From assembly GCA_025353015.1 (NCBI GenBank), contig JANXRM010000218.1:271-64270 (forward strand): 64,000 nucleotides of DNA, given 5' to 3'. This document shows, piece after piece, positions 1 to 8,318 of this stretch. Under the pieces are notes generated by a model that made no database searches, was not told the origin of the DNA, and saw only the letters and a list, made by a program, of their open reading frames with translations. Position 1 is the stretch's first letter. Every line of letters starts with the position of its first letter. This DNA comes from Hyphomicrobiales bacterium (GTDB lineage: Bacteria > Pseudomonadota > Alphaproteobacteria > Rhizobiales > Hyphomicrobiaceae). Both the position numbers and the translations under genes were made by a program.

Positions 1-27
1 GGCGGCGGCGGATTCTGAGGCAATCCC

Positions 28-321
28 ATGCAAGACACACCCAAGCGCAACGAGCCCGACATATGCGCCGCTGAGGGCGGGCCCTACGCGGGTATGATCC
101 GCGAGTTCGTCGCGAGCGGCCCCTATGGCAGCGCCGCCGAGGTCGTGCTCGAAGGCTTGGCGCTCGTGCGCGAGCGCGAGCAGGCGCGCAAGACGAAGGA
201 CGACTGGCTCAAGGCCGAGATCCAGATGGGCGTCGAAAGCGCCGACCGTGGCGATCTGATCCCGGCGGAGGAGGTGATCGACCGGTTGCGCGCGAGGTAC
301 CAAGCAAGGGTTGAAAAATAA
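28..321 (+). CDS. parD: ParD-like ribbon-helix-helix type II antitoxin (apparently orphan)
   Basis: 97-aa ORF. The segment GPYGSAAEVVLEGLALVREREQ matches the conserved G(R/K)YxSASEVvRxGLRLLee core of ParD/RHH antitoxins. No ParE-like ORF follows. Confidence 0.55.
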   Translation: MQDTPKRNEPDICAAEGGPYAGMIREFVASGPYGSAAEVVLEGLALVREREQARKTKDDWLKAEIQMGVESADRGDLIPAEEVIDRLRARYQARVEK

Positions 322-518
322 CCGGGAGAGTTAGCGCGGCATCGGATCAAACGACTGATTGCCAGTGCAAATTCCGCGCGTAGCCCAACATCGCGGGCCT
401 TATGTAGCCTGCCAGGTTACGGGCGTCGGCTGCGCAGCGCATGATGCATCTGGACCGGGCGCTGACCCAACCGACATCCCTTCGAAGTTCGCGATGCCGG
501 CGCCTCTGATCCCGCGGT

Positions 519-1583
519 TCAATCCAGCAGCCATGGGGCGGCGGCAGCCTGGGCGATCTGGCGGACCTGGGCCATCAGGCCGGGGCCGACCGGGATGCCG
601 TCACGCAGGCGCGTTTCGGCGAGCTTCCACTGGGGATCGCCTGCGACCATAACGGGACGTGCGGGATCGACCGGCGTCGTCGCCCGGAGCGCACCCAGGA
701 ACGTCGCCACGTCGGATTCGAAATCGCCGGCGCCGCGGAAAATTTTCGGATCGATCGCCATGAAAAAGTGGCCGATGTCCATGCCGACGGGCTTTTTGGT
801 GTGCTCGGGATCGGTGATGAGCGTCGCGCCCGAGAGACACGAGGCGAGAATGTTCACCATCACAGCCAGGCCGTAGCCCTTGTAGCTGGAATTCTCCGGC
901 GAGCCGCCGAGTGAGGTCAGAAAGCCGCCCTTCTCCTTGGCAACGAGTGGATCGTTGGACGGGCGGCCTTCGCGGTCCAGCACCCAGCCGTCCGGCGTCG
1001 GCAGCTTCTCGTTGGCCTTGTTGCGGATGCGGCCTGCTGCAACCGTCGTTGTCGCCATGTCGAGCAGAAATGGTTTGCCGTTAGCGGAGGGCGCTGCGAA
1101 CGACCAGGGATCGGTGCCAAGCCGCGCCTGCTTGCCTGATGTCGGCGCCACCTGGATGCCCGACGCCGACGTGCAGCTCATGCCGACGAGACCGGCATTA
1201 GCCGCCATCAGCGTGTAAAAGCCGGCGGCGCCGAAATGCGCCGAAGCGCGCACGACGACCGCGGCCATACCAACCGTTTTGGCCTTGGCGATCGCCGTCG
1301 ACATGCCGAAATGCGCTGGCACGTGGCCCAGTCCACCACTGCCGTCGACAACCGCCGACACGGGCGTCTCGGAGACGATGCGCGGGCGCGCGTCCATGCG
1401 CGCGCGCCCGTTGCGGCGGAGCAAATCGTAGCCTGGGATCATTGATATGCCGTGGCTGTCGACGCCGTGCAGGTCCGACCAGGCCAGTACTTCGGCGGTG
1501 ATTTCGGCGTTTTCCTCGGGCATTCCCCAACCGAGCAGGATCGCCTTCAACTGTGCGCGGTGATTGGCATAGGTCGCAGGCAT
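519..1583 (-). CDS. Ldh_2 family oxidoreductase (malate/L-lactate/sulfolactate dehydrogenase type 2)
   Basis: Track ORF 519..1670 trimmed to the in-frame ATG at 1583 (MPATYANH...). LHGVDSHGI, HFGAAGFY and LGTDPWSFA motifs are typical of the family. Confidence 0.75.
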   Translation of the reverse strand: MPATYANHRAQLKAILLGWGMPEENAEITAEVLAWSDLHGVDSHGISMIPGYDLLRRNGRARMDARPRIVSETPVSAVVDGSGGLGHVPAHFGMSTAIAKAKTVGMAAVVVRASAHFGAAGFYTLMAANAGLVGMSCTSASGIQVAPTSGKQARLGTDPWSFAAPSANGKPFLLDMATTTVAAGRIRNKANEKLPTPDGWVLDREGRPSNDPLVAKEKGGFLTSLGGSPENSSYKGYGLAVMVNILASCLSGATLITDPEHTKKPVGMDIGHFFMAIDPKIFRGAGDFESDVATFLGALRATTPVDPARPVMVAGDPQWKLAETRLRDGIPVGPGLMAQVRQIAQAAAAPWLLD

Positions 1584-1892
1584 GGTCGTGTCCCCGGCTG
1601 ATTGCTCGATCTGGCGATTTTGGACTGGCGTTTCGGGGCTCAACCTCTGCGATCCCCATGGCTCTTGCAAGCGCGAGCGACAGCAGTGAGCGACAGCGGC
1701 CTGGGCTGCGTGATTGGCTCGTGGCCAAGCGAGCGACGTTCATCCTAAGGAGGTGTTAACAACATTTTTACAATTTTAAGTTGTAATTCGCGTGCGTGAG
1801 TTGTCGAGACCAAAAATTGGAAACACGAACCGCCTCGTCCCGCGCACCTGTAGGCCCATTTCGGGCGCGTAAAGCATTGTGGAGCAAGCGTC

Positions 1893-3869
1893 GTGCGTTG
1901 TTTTTCCTCGCGGCTAATTGCCGTGCGAACATTTAGTCCGCTCGCGGACACAGGTATTGCCGCGTGGCGGTGGCTTGGCCTTTCTGCCGGTGCCACCGCC
2001 GTTTTTTTTGCCACCATCGCCATGTCGTCAGGCCAGGCGCAAGCGCAATTCATCTGCGCGCAATACGGGGGCGGGCTTTTGACCACCGATGGCGGTGCTG
2101 TCTCGACCGGTGCACTTTCGATTGCTTGCGGCCCGTCGGCTGCCGCGCAAAACATCGCGACGACAGCTTTTGGCGCGCAGGCACTCGCCCGTGGCGCAAA
2201 TTCGTCGGCTTTCGGCAATCTTGCGGCGGCGCGCGGTGACAACTCGTTTGCTGGCGGTACAGCCGCCCAAGCGGGCGACGGCAATGCGACCGCCGTTGGC
2301 GCCTCGTCGGCCGCCCACCGCGCCAATGGCACTGCTGTCGGTGCCAGTGCGCTGAGCGACGGCATCAATGCGGTCGCGATCGGCAGTGCTGCGCAGTCGA
2401 CGGCCACGAATGCGACAGCCGTCGGCACGGCGTCTACGGCGAGTGGCGTCAACGCCACCGCATTCGGATACACGGCGCAGGCCCAAGGTGACAATTCGAC
2501 GGCCCTCGGGCGAGGCGCACGAACCACCGGCAGCAGTTCAGTCGCCCTTGGTGCGGCGACCCGTGCCGAGGCCGACATGGCAACGGCAATCGGTTCCGGC
2601 GCGACGGCCATGGCTGTTTCCGCAACCGCCACAGGCGCGCAAGCTAACGCGTCTGCGACCAACACAACCGCATCAGGTGCCGGCGCGCAGGCGACACAAA
2701 CCGGTGCATCGGCATTTGGACAGGGCGCTAACGCTGCTTTCGCGAATGCAACGGCCGTCGGTCAGGGAGCGACTGCAACGCGCGCCAACCAGCAGGTTTT
2801 CGGCACGGCGACCAACACTTACACCGCGAGCGGTATCGCCTCGGCCGGCAGCCGTGCGGTCCAGTCGGGTGCCCTGCAGGTCGTGATCACGGACGCTAAC
2901 GGCAACCTCGCCGGCGACGGCGGGGCGTTGCAAACGCAAGTCAATACGAACACGGCCAACATCACGAATGTGCAGGGCCGAGTCACTGCCGCCGAAGGTA
3001 ATATTGCGACACTGACCACGCAGACTGCGACCAACACGTCGGACATTTCGACGTTGAAAACACAGACGACCTCGAACACCACCAACATCACCAACTTGCA
3101 AGGCCGCATGGGTACGGCCGAGACGAATATCACCACACTGCAGGGGCAAGTCGGCGCAGCGACGACCAACATAAGCAATCTGACCACTCAGGTCACAACC
3201 AATACGACCAACATCACCGGCTTGACGGGCCGTGTGACGTCAGTCGAAGGACAGACGGCAACCAATACGGGCGACATCACCGTCTTGAAAGGCCGTGTGA
3301 CGACCGTCGAAGGCCAGACCGCAACCAACACGGGTGACATTTCCACTCTCAAGACACAAACCGCGTCGAACACTACGAATATCAACAATCTGACGACACA
3401 GACGACGACGAACACGACCAACATCACGAACCTGCAAGGCCGGGTGACGACAGTCGAGGGCCAGACGGCGACCAACACGAAGAACATCGGCACACTGCAA
3501 TCGACGGTCGGTGGCTTCGACGACCGCATCAAGGCGACCGAGGCAACGGCCAGCGCGGTTTCGAGCAAAGTCGACGCCATCGATAGCCGCGTCAGCGCGG
3601 TCGAGAAGCAATCGCAGAAAGCGTTGCAAGGCGTCGCGATCGCCCTGGCTGTCTCCGACCCGGTTCTGGTCGGCGGTGATTCATTCGGCTTACGCATCAA
3701 CTACGGAAATTTTGAAGGCAAGAACGCCATTGGTTTTTCCACGCTCGGCGTGCTGACGCGCGATCTTTTCGGCAGCGGGACGGCGCTGGCCGTCAGCGGC
3801 GGGATCGGCGTCGGCTTCGAAGATCGTTCGGTTGGCGGCCGTGTCGGCATGCAGTTGAGCTGGAAATGA
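1893..3869 (+). CDS. Trimeric autotransporter adhesin (YadA/Hia-like)
   Basis: 658-aa ORF with a signal peptide ending ...GQAQAQ. It has N-terminal NS(S/T)AxG / GxNAxAxG head repeats and a long Thr/Asn-rich stalk with repeats such as TNTTNITNLQGRVTTVEGQTATNT. The C-terminus is a YadA-type membrane anchor (ALQGVAIALAVS...VGGRVGMQLSWK). Confidence 0.85.
   Translation: MRCFSSRLIAVRTFSPLADTGIAAWRWLGLSAGATAVFFATIAMSSGQAQAQFICAQYGGGLLTTDGGAVSTGALSIACGPSAAAQNIATTAFGAQALARGANSSAFGNLAAARGDNSFAGGTAAQAGDGNATAVGASSAAHRANGTAVGASALSDGINAVAIGSAAQSTATNATAVGTASTASGVNATAFGYTAQAQGDNSTALGRGARTTGSSSVALGAATRAEADMATAIGSGATAMAVSATATGAQANASATNTTASGAGAQATQTGASAFGQGANAAFANATAVGQGATATRANQQVFGTATNTYTASGIASAGSRAVQSGALQVVITDANGNLAGDGGALQTQVNTNTANITNVQGRVTAAEGNIATLTTQTATNTSDISTLKTQTTSNTTNITNLQGRMGTAETNITTLQGQVGAATTNISNLTTQVTTNTTNITGLTGRVTSVEGQTATNTGDITVLKGRVTTVEGQTATNTGDISTLKTQTASNTTNINNLTTQTTTNTTNITNLQGRVTTVEGQTATNTKNIGTLQSTVGGFDDRIKATEATASAVSSKVDAIDSRVSAVEKQSQKALQGVAIALAVSDPVLVGGDSFGLRINYGNFEGKNAIGFSTLGVLTRDLFGSGTALAVSGGIGVGFEDRSVGGRVGMQLSWK
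3228..3353 (+). repeat. Two adjacent 63-nt (21-aa) near-identical stalk repeats inside the adhesin gene
   Basis: Unit 1 starts at 3228 (GRVTSVEGQTATNTGDITVLK) and unit 2 at 3291 (GRVTTVEGQTATNTGDISTLK). A third diverged copy lies near 3439 (GRVTTVEGQTATNTKNIGTLQ). Confidence 0.8.
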
Positions 3870-4525
3870 CGGCAAAGGACATGCGCATGCACCGCGCCTC
3901 TCAAAATACGTATCCGGCAAGGCCCCGCCCACACGCACAGCCCTATCCGCATCGGCCGGCCTCGACGTCGGCCTCGACGTCGGATGTGCCGCGGCGGCGT
4001 TCCCCGCGTCGTTGGCAACGGATCGGATTCGGAATCCTGCTACTGACGGTATCAGCCGCCACCGTTGCAGGGCTCGTTATTTCGGGGGTGCCCGAGATGC
4101 TGTTGTGGCCCGGCACTTCATCACGCGGCGACGCCACAGCGGCAGAGAACGAAGCCCCAGTCTTCCTGGCTCGCGCGACGCTGATGACGTTGCACGACGC
4201 CAACCTGACTGGCAACTACGGCGTCTTCCGCGCGCTGGCTGCGCCCGATTTCCAGGCCCTGAACTCGACCGACGCGCTGGCGCGGATTTTTTCCGGGCTG
4301 AGGCGCGAGAATGTGGATTTGTCGGTGGCCGCTGTGGCGCCGCCGCGGTGGGACACAGGCTCCGGCGTCACCACCGACGGGCTCTATCGCATCGGCGGCA
4401 CCTTCACGACCGGGCGCCACATGGTTCGCTTCGCATTGGCCTATGTAGCCGTCGAAGACCAATGGCGCCTGATCGAGATCAGTGTCGCGGCGGACCCATC
4501 GCCGCGGCCTGCCTCGCGTGGATGA
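3866..4525 (+). CDS. Hypothetical single-pass membrane protein, translationally coupled to the adhesin gene
   Basis: The ATG overlaps the adhesin TGA (ATGA at 3866-3869). It has an Arg/Pro-rich N-terminus, one TM helix (IGFGILLLTVSAATVAGLVISGV) and a roughly 150-aa extracytoplasmic domain. No family recognised. Confidence 0.55.
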   Translation: MTAKDMRMHRASQNTYPARPRPHAQPYPHRPASTSASTSDVPRRRSPRRWQRIGFGILLLTVSAATVAGLVISGVPEMLLWPGTSSRGDATAAENEAPVFLARATLMTLHDANLTGNYGVFRALAAPDFQALNSTDALARIFSGLRRENVDLSVAAVAPPRWDTGSGVTTDGLYRIGGTFTTGRHMVRFALAYVAVEDQWRLIEISVAADPSPRPASRG

Positions 4526-4530
4526 CCGAC

Positions 4531-4566
4531 GGCTCGATGTGCGGGTCGATGTGCGGGTCGATGCGA
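4531..4566. repeat. 12-mer tandem repeat x3 (gg[c/g]tcgatg[t/c]g[c/a])
   Basis: ggctcgatgtgc / gggtcgatgtgc / gggtcgatgcga, immediately after the stop of the 3866..4525 ORF. Confidence 0.7.
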
Positions 4567-4827
4567 TGGTCCGGACTGTTGTGATACGAGCTTTCGGGTC
4601 GTGACATCCCAACGGCGGCACATTGCAACTGCGACACTGGCGTCACGCCGACAACTTGGCTACGATCCGATCGTGTCGTCGCAATTCGGTTCGCGGCATG
4701 TCTCGCTGGTTGAAGGCCAGCGACGACATTCAAGACCACCGAGCAGCGAGACAGCATTGAAGCGGCCGGTCAGTCCCGGACAATCCCGCCGGTCGCAACG
4801 CAGTGTTCCGGGCAGAAAGGAACCACG

Positions 4828-5589
4828 ATGGACGTCTTCCAGTTTCCGTGCCTCAAGGACAATTATGGCGTGTTGATCCACGATAAGGCGACGGGGCTGA
4901 CGGCTGCTATCGATGCGCCCGAAGCTGAGCCCGTGCGCCGCGCGTTGAAGGAGAAGGGCTGGACGCTGACACATATCCTCGTCACGCACCATCACGCCGA
5001 TCACACGCAAGGCATCGAGGCACTGAAGGCCGAATCCAAATGCACTGTGATCGGTCCCAAAGCCGAAGCCGCGAAGATCAAGGGCCTCGATAAAACGGTC
5101 GGAGAGGGCGACACGTTCAAGTTCGGCGGCACCGAGGTGCGCGTGCTGGACACGCCCGGCCACACGGCTGGCCACATCACCTACTGGATGCCGTCCGAGA
5201 CTGTTGCATTTGCCGGCGACACCCTGTTTGCGGTCGGCTGCGGCCGCGTCATCGAGGGCACGATGGAGATGATGTGGGGCTCGCTCGCCAAGCTCGCCAA
5301 GTTGCCCGGCGCAACGCAGGTTTATTGCGGCCACGAGTACACACTTTCAAACGTCAAGTTCGCGCTGACCATCGAGCCCGAGAACGAGGCGTTGAAACTG
5401 CGTGCTGCCGAAATCGAAAAGCTCATCGCTGCCGGGAAGGCGACGTTGCCGACCCGCATCGACATCGAACTTGCCACCAACCCGTTCCTGCGTCCGCAAA
5501 GCCCGGCGATCCGCAAACGGCTAGGGCTGGAGACAGCCGCGGATTGGCAGGTATTCGCAGAGGTTCGCGAGCGTAAGAACCGCTCTTGA
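4828..5589 (+). CDS. gloB: Hydroxyacylglutathione hydrolase (glyoxalase II)
   Basis: 253 aa. It has the THHHADHTQG metal-binding motif and the conserved C-terminus ...NPFLR typical of GloB. Confidence 0.9.
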   Translation: MDVFQFPCLKDNYGVLIHDKATGLTAAIDAPEAEPVRRALKEKGWTLTHILVTHHHADHTQGIEALKAESKCTVIGPKAEAAKIKGLDKTVGEGDTFKFGGTEVRVLDTPGHTAGHITYWMPSETVAFAGDTLFAVGCGRVIEGTMEMMWGSLAKLAKLPGATQVYCGHEYTLSNVKFALTIEPENEALKLRAAEIEKLIAAGKATLPTRIDIELATNPFLRPQSPAIRKRLGLETAADWQVFAEVRERKNRS

Positions 5590-5617
5590 GATTGTGTTCC
5601 TGCAGAAGGTCGATGCT

Positions 5618-6697
5618 ATGCGTCCCCTAGAATTCGGATGGTTCCTGCCGACCCGCGGCGACACCGATGACTATGGCGATCCAATCAGGATCGCGGCCGG
5701 CGTCGAGATGTTTACGCGGGTCGCGAAAGCGGCCGAGGCGTCGGGCTTCGAGTACATGCTGATCCCCGTTGGTCATCAATGCTGGGACGCCTGGATGACC
5801 GGCGCGCTGATGGCTGGCCACACCAAGTCGATGCGGATGCTGATCGCCGCGCGCCCGAGCTACATCAATCCCGTACTGCTCGCCAAGATGATCGCGACCT
5901 TCGATCAACTGACCGGCGGCCGCATCTCGGTCAACCTCATCGCCGGCCAGAGCGAAACCGAAAACATCGCCGAAGGCGTCAAGTGGAACAAGGAACAACG
6001 CTACGAAATCATGGACGAGGAGGTGACGGTCCTCAAGAAGCTCTGGATGTCGGGTGGCGAGAAGACCGACCACGAAGGCAAGTATTTCACGCTGAAGCAG
6101 GCCGAGCTGGTGCCGCTGCCACTGCAGAAGCCCTACCCGAAATTCTATCTCGGCGGCGGGTCGGGGCAAGCCGCTGAGCTATCGGCAAAGCATTCGGACG
6201 TGCATCTCTTCTGGGGCGATACTATCGAGCAAATCTCGGCCAACATGAAGATGCTGCGGCATCTGGCGGCAAAGCACGGCCGCGTCGATCAGCTCGGCTT
6301 CGGCATGCGGCTGCAGATCGTTTGCCGCGAGACGGAGAAAGAAGCGTGGAAGGCGGCCGACGGTCTCGTCAGTAACGTGACGGCCGAGCGCGAGCAGTAC
6401 ATCAAGAATTATTATGCAACATCGGTTGCCAACCAGCGTGTGCAGGAACTGCGTGCCACCAAAGGCGACGTGATCGCACCGAACCTGTGGTCGGGGCTCG
6501 CCAAGGCGCGGCCGGGCGCGGGCATCGCCATCGTGGGAAATCCCGAGCAATGCGCCAACGTGTTGCAGCAATTCATCGACGCCGGCTGCCATTCGTTCTG
6601 CCTGTCTGGCTATCTGCACGACGAGGAATGTTGGCGCTTCAAAAAGCTGGTGCGGCCGATTCTGGCCGAACGAAACAAGGGGCGGATGGCGGCGTAG
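5618..6697 (+). CDS. LLM-class flavin-dependent (luciferase-like) oxidoreductase
   Basis: Track ORF trimmed to ATG 5618 (MRPLEFGWFLPT...), preceded by GAAGG. The N-terminal FGWFLPTRGD and the overall TIM-barrel luciferase-like pattern support the call. Confidence 0.8.
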   Translation: MRPLEFGWFLPTRGDTDDYGDPIRIAAGVEMFTRVAKAAEASGFEYMLIPVGHQCWDAWMTGALMAGHTKSMRMLIAARPSYINPVLLAKMIATFDQLTGGRISVNLIAGQSETENIAEGVKWNKEQRYEIMDEEVTVLKKLWMSGGEKTDHEGKYFTLKQAELVPLPLQKPYPKFYLGGGSGQAAELSAKHSDVHLFWGDTIEQISANMKMLRHLAAKHGRVDQLGFGMRLQIVCRETEKEAWKAADGLVSNVTAEREQYIKNYYATSVANQRVQELRATKGDVIAPNLWSGLAKARPGAGIAIVGNPEQCANVLQQFIDAGCHSFCLSGYLHDEECWRFKKLVRPILAERNKGRMAA

Positions 6698-6729
6698 GTG
6701 GTGTGGTTGGCTTTGCGGCCGACGCCCAC

Positions 6730-8172
6730 TCACCCCGCGAACTGCAGCGGGATCACCTGCTGGCCGCGCTTGACCGTCATCTGCCAGATGCGGCGGCGCT
6801 GCTTGACGGCCGCTTCCAATGCCTCGACGTTGACGATCTGGTCGTTGCCGATGGTGAGCACGATATCGCCGGGTTGAAACCCAAGGCGTCCCGCAATGGA
6901 GCCGGTGCGCACCTGCACAACGACCACGCCGCCGTCTGCGTCGAGCCCCAACTCCTCGGCCAGCCCCGGCGACAATTCAGCGACGCGCGTGCCGTCGAGC
7001 GGGTGCTGGCCGGCGAGATTGCGCATCTCGGCGTTCGCTGATTTCGGTGCCGGAGAGAGTGCGACTTGAACCGGCAGCCGGTTGCCCTTGCGGAACACGT
7101 CAAGCTCAGCCGTATTGCCGATGCCGCGCGTCGTCAGGCGGTAGTTGACGCCACGGGCGTCGGCAACGTCTTTGCCATCGACGGCTAGAATAATATCGCC
7201 GGGCTCGAGGCGTGCCGTTGCAGCAGGGCTTGCCGGGTAGACCTTGGTGACAACGGCGCCGACGGTGCGGCCGAGACCGAGGCCTTCCGCCACCTCGCGC
7301 GTCACCGTTTCGAGCCGTGCCCCGAGCCAGGGGCGTTCCACCTTGCGGCCGGTGCTGGCGCTGTCGGCGAACAGCTTTACGAGGTTCGATGGGATCGCGA
7401 AGCCGATGCCGTGCGAACCGCCCGAGCGCGAATAGATCGCCGTGTTGATGCCAACCAGGCGGCCTGCCATGTCCACCAGCGCGCCGCCGGAATTACCGGG
7501 ATTGATGGCGGCGTCGGTCTGGATGAACACTTGCGAGTCCGACTTGCCGATTTCGGAACGCGCCAACGCCGACACGATGCCTTGCGTCACGGTTTGCCCG
7601 ACACCGAACGGGTTGCCGATCGCGAGCACGAGATCGCCGACCTCGAGCTGGTCGCTGTCTTCAAATTCGAGATAAGGAAGTTTGCCGTCGCCGCCGCTGA
7701 GCTTGAGGATCGCGATGTCGTTCTTCTCGTCCTGGGTCACGACTTTCGCTTCGAACTCGCGCTTGTCGGCGAGCACGACGCGGATTTCGGCTTGCCCGCC
7801 GATCTTGACGACGTGCGTGTTGGTGACGACGAGGCCATCCGGCGACACGATGACGCCGGAGCCCAGCGAGCTTTGCACGCGCTCGGCGGGCATGCCGAAC
7901 ATCTCGCCGAAGAAGCGGCGGAAGACAGGATCGTCGATCGGCAGTTGTTGCCGTTGCGCCTGGGCCAACGGTTTGCCGCTGACGAACACGTTGACGACGG
8001 CGGGCGCGGCCTTCTTCACGATCGGCGCGAACGACAGTTGCACCGCTTCGCGCGGGGCCGGCGCCCGGCGCTGCACGTCGGCGCGTTGGGCGAGAGAGGG
8101 AAGCATCTGAAGACCCAGGGGAACCAGGAAAAAAACGGCTGCAAGTACTCGGTTCCGTCTACAAGACGACAT
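6730..8172 (-). CDS. degP: Do/DegP/HtrA family periplasmic serine endoprotease with two PDZ domains
   Basis: Track ORF 6730..8736 trimmed to ATG 8172 (MSSCRRNRVLAAVFFLVPLG... signal peptide). It has TNTHVV, DIAILK and GNSGGAL catalytic-triad motifs and two PDZ-like C-terminal segments. Confidence 0.9.
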   Translation of the reverse strand: MSSCRRNRVLAAVFFLVPLGLQMLPSLAQRADVQRRAPAPREAVQLSFAPIVKKAAPAVVNVFVSGKPLAQAQRQQLPIDDPVFRRFFGEMFGMPAERVQSSLGSGVIVSPDGLVVTNTHVVKIGGQAEIRVVLADKREFEAKVVTQDEKNDIAILKLSGGDGKLPYLEFEDSDQLEVGDLVLAIGNPFGVGQTVTQGIVSALARSEIGKSDSQVFIQTDAAINPGNSGGALVDMAGRLVGINTAIYSRSGGSHGIGFAIPSNLVKLFADSASTGRKVERPWLGARLETVTREVAEGLGLGRTVGAVVTKVYPASPAATARLEPGDIILAVDGKDVADARGVNYRLTTRGIGNTAELDVFRKGNRLPVQVALSPAPKSANAEMRNLAGQHPLDGTRVAELSPGLAEELGLDADGGVVVVQVRTGSIAGRLGFQPGDIVLTIGNDQIVNVEALEAAVKQRRRIWQMTVKRGQQVIPLQFAG

Positions 8173-8182
8173 TTTCTTCGTT

Positions 8183-8259
8183 ATCCCTGCGAAGGCGGGG
8201 ACCCACGACATGCCTCGTTTATCCTTGGACCGCGCGTGGGTCCCGGCCTTCGCCGGGAT
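8183..8259. repeat. REP-like palindromic element (two inverted ~23-bp units)
   Basis: atccctgcgaaggcggggaccca (8183-8205) and tgggtcccggccttcgccgggat (8237-8259) are reverse complements with 2 mismatches. Each unit is itself a small hairpin. Translation gives the familiar artefactual IPAKAGTH/VPAFAGIT peptides. Confidence 0.75.
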
Positions 8260-8318
8260 GACGTTGTTGAAACGCATCGAATTCATCTCTTTGACATCTA
8301 CGGGGATGGTTTGAAGCT

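Noticed and set aside
322-518. Possible decayed ParE toxin downstream of parD.
   Set aside because: Hand translation in three frames gave only short stop-interrupted peptides with no convincing ParE/RelE motifs.
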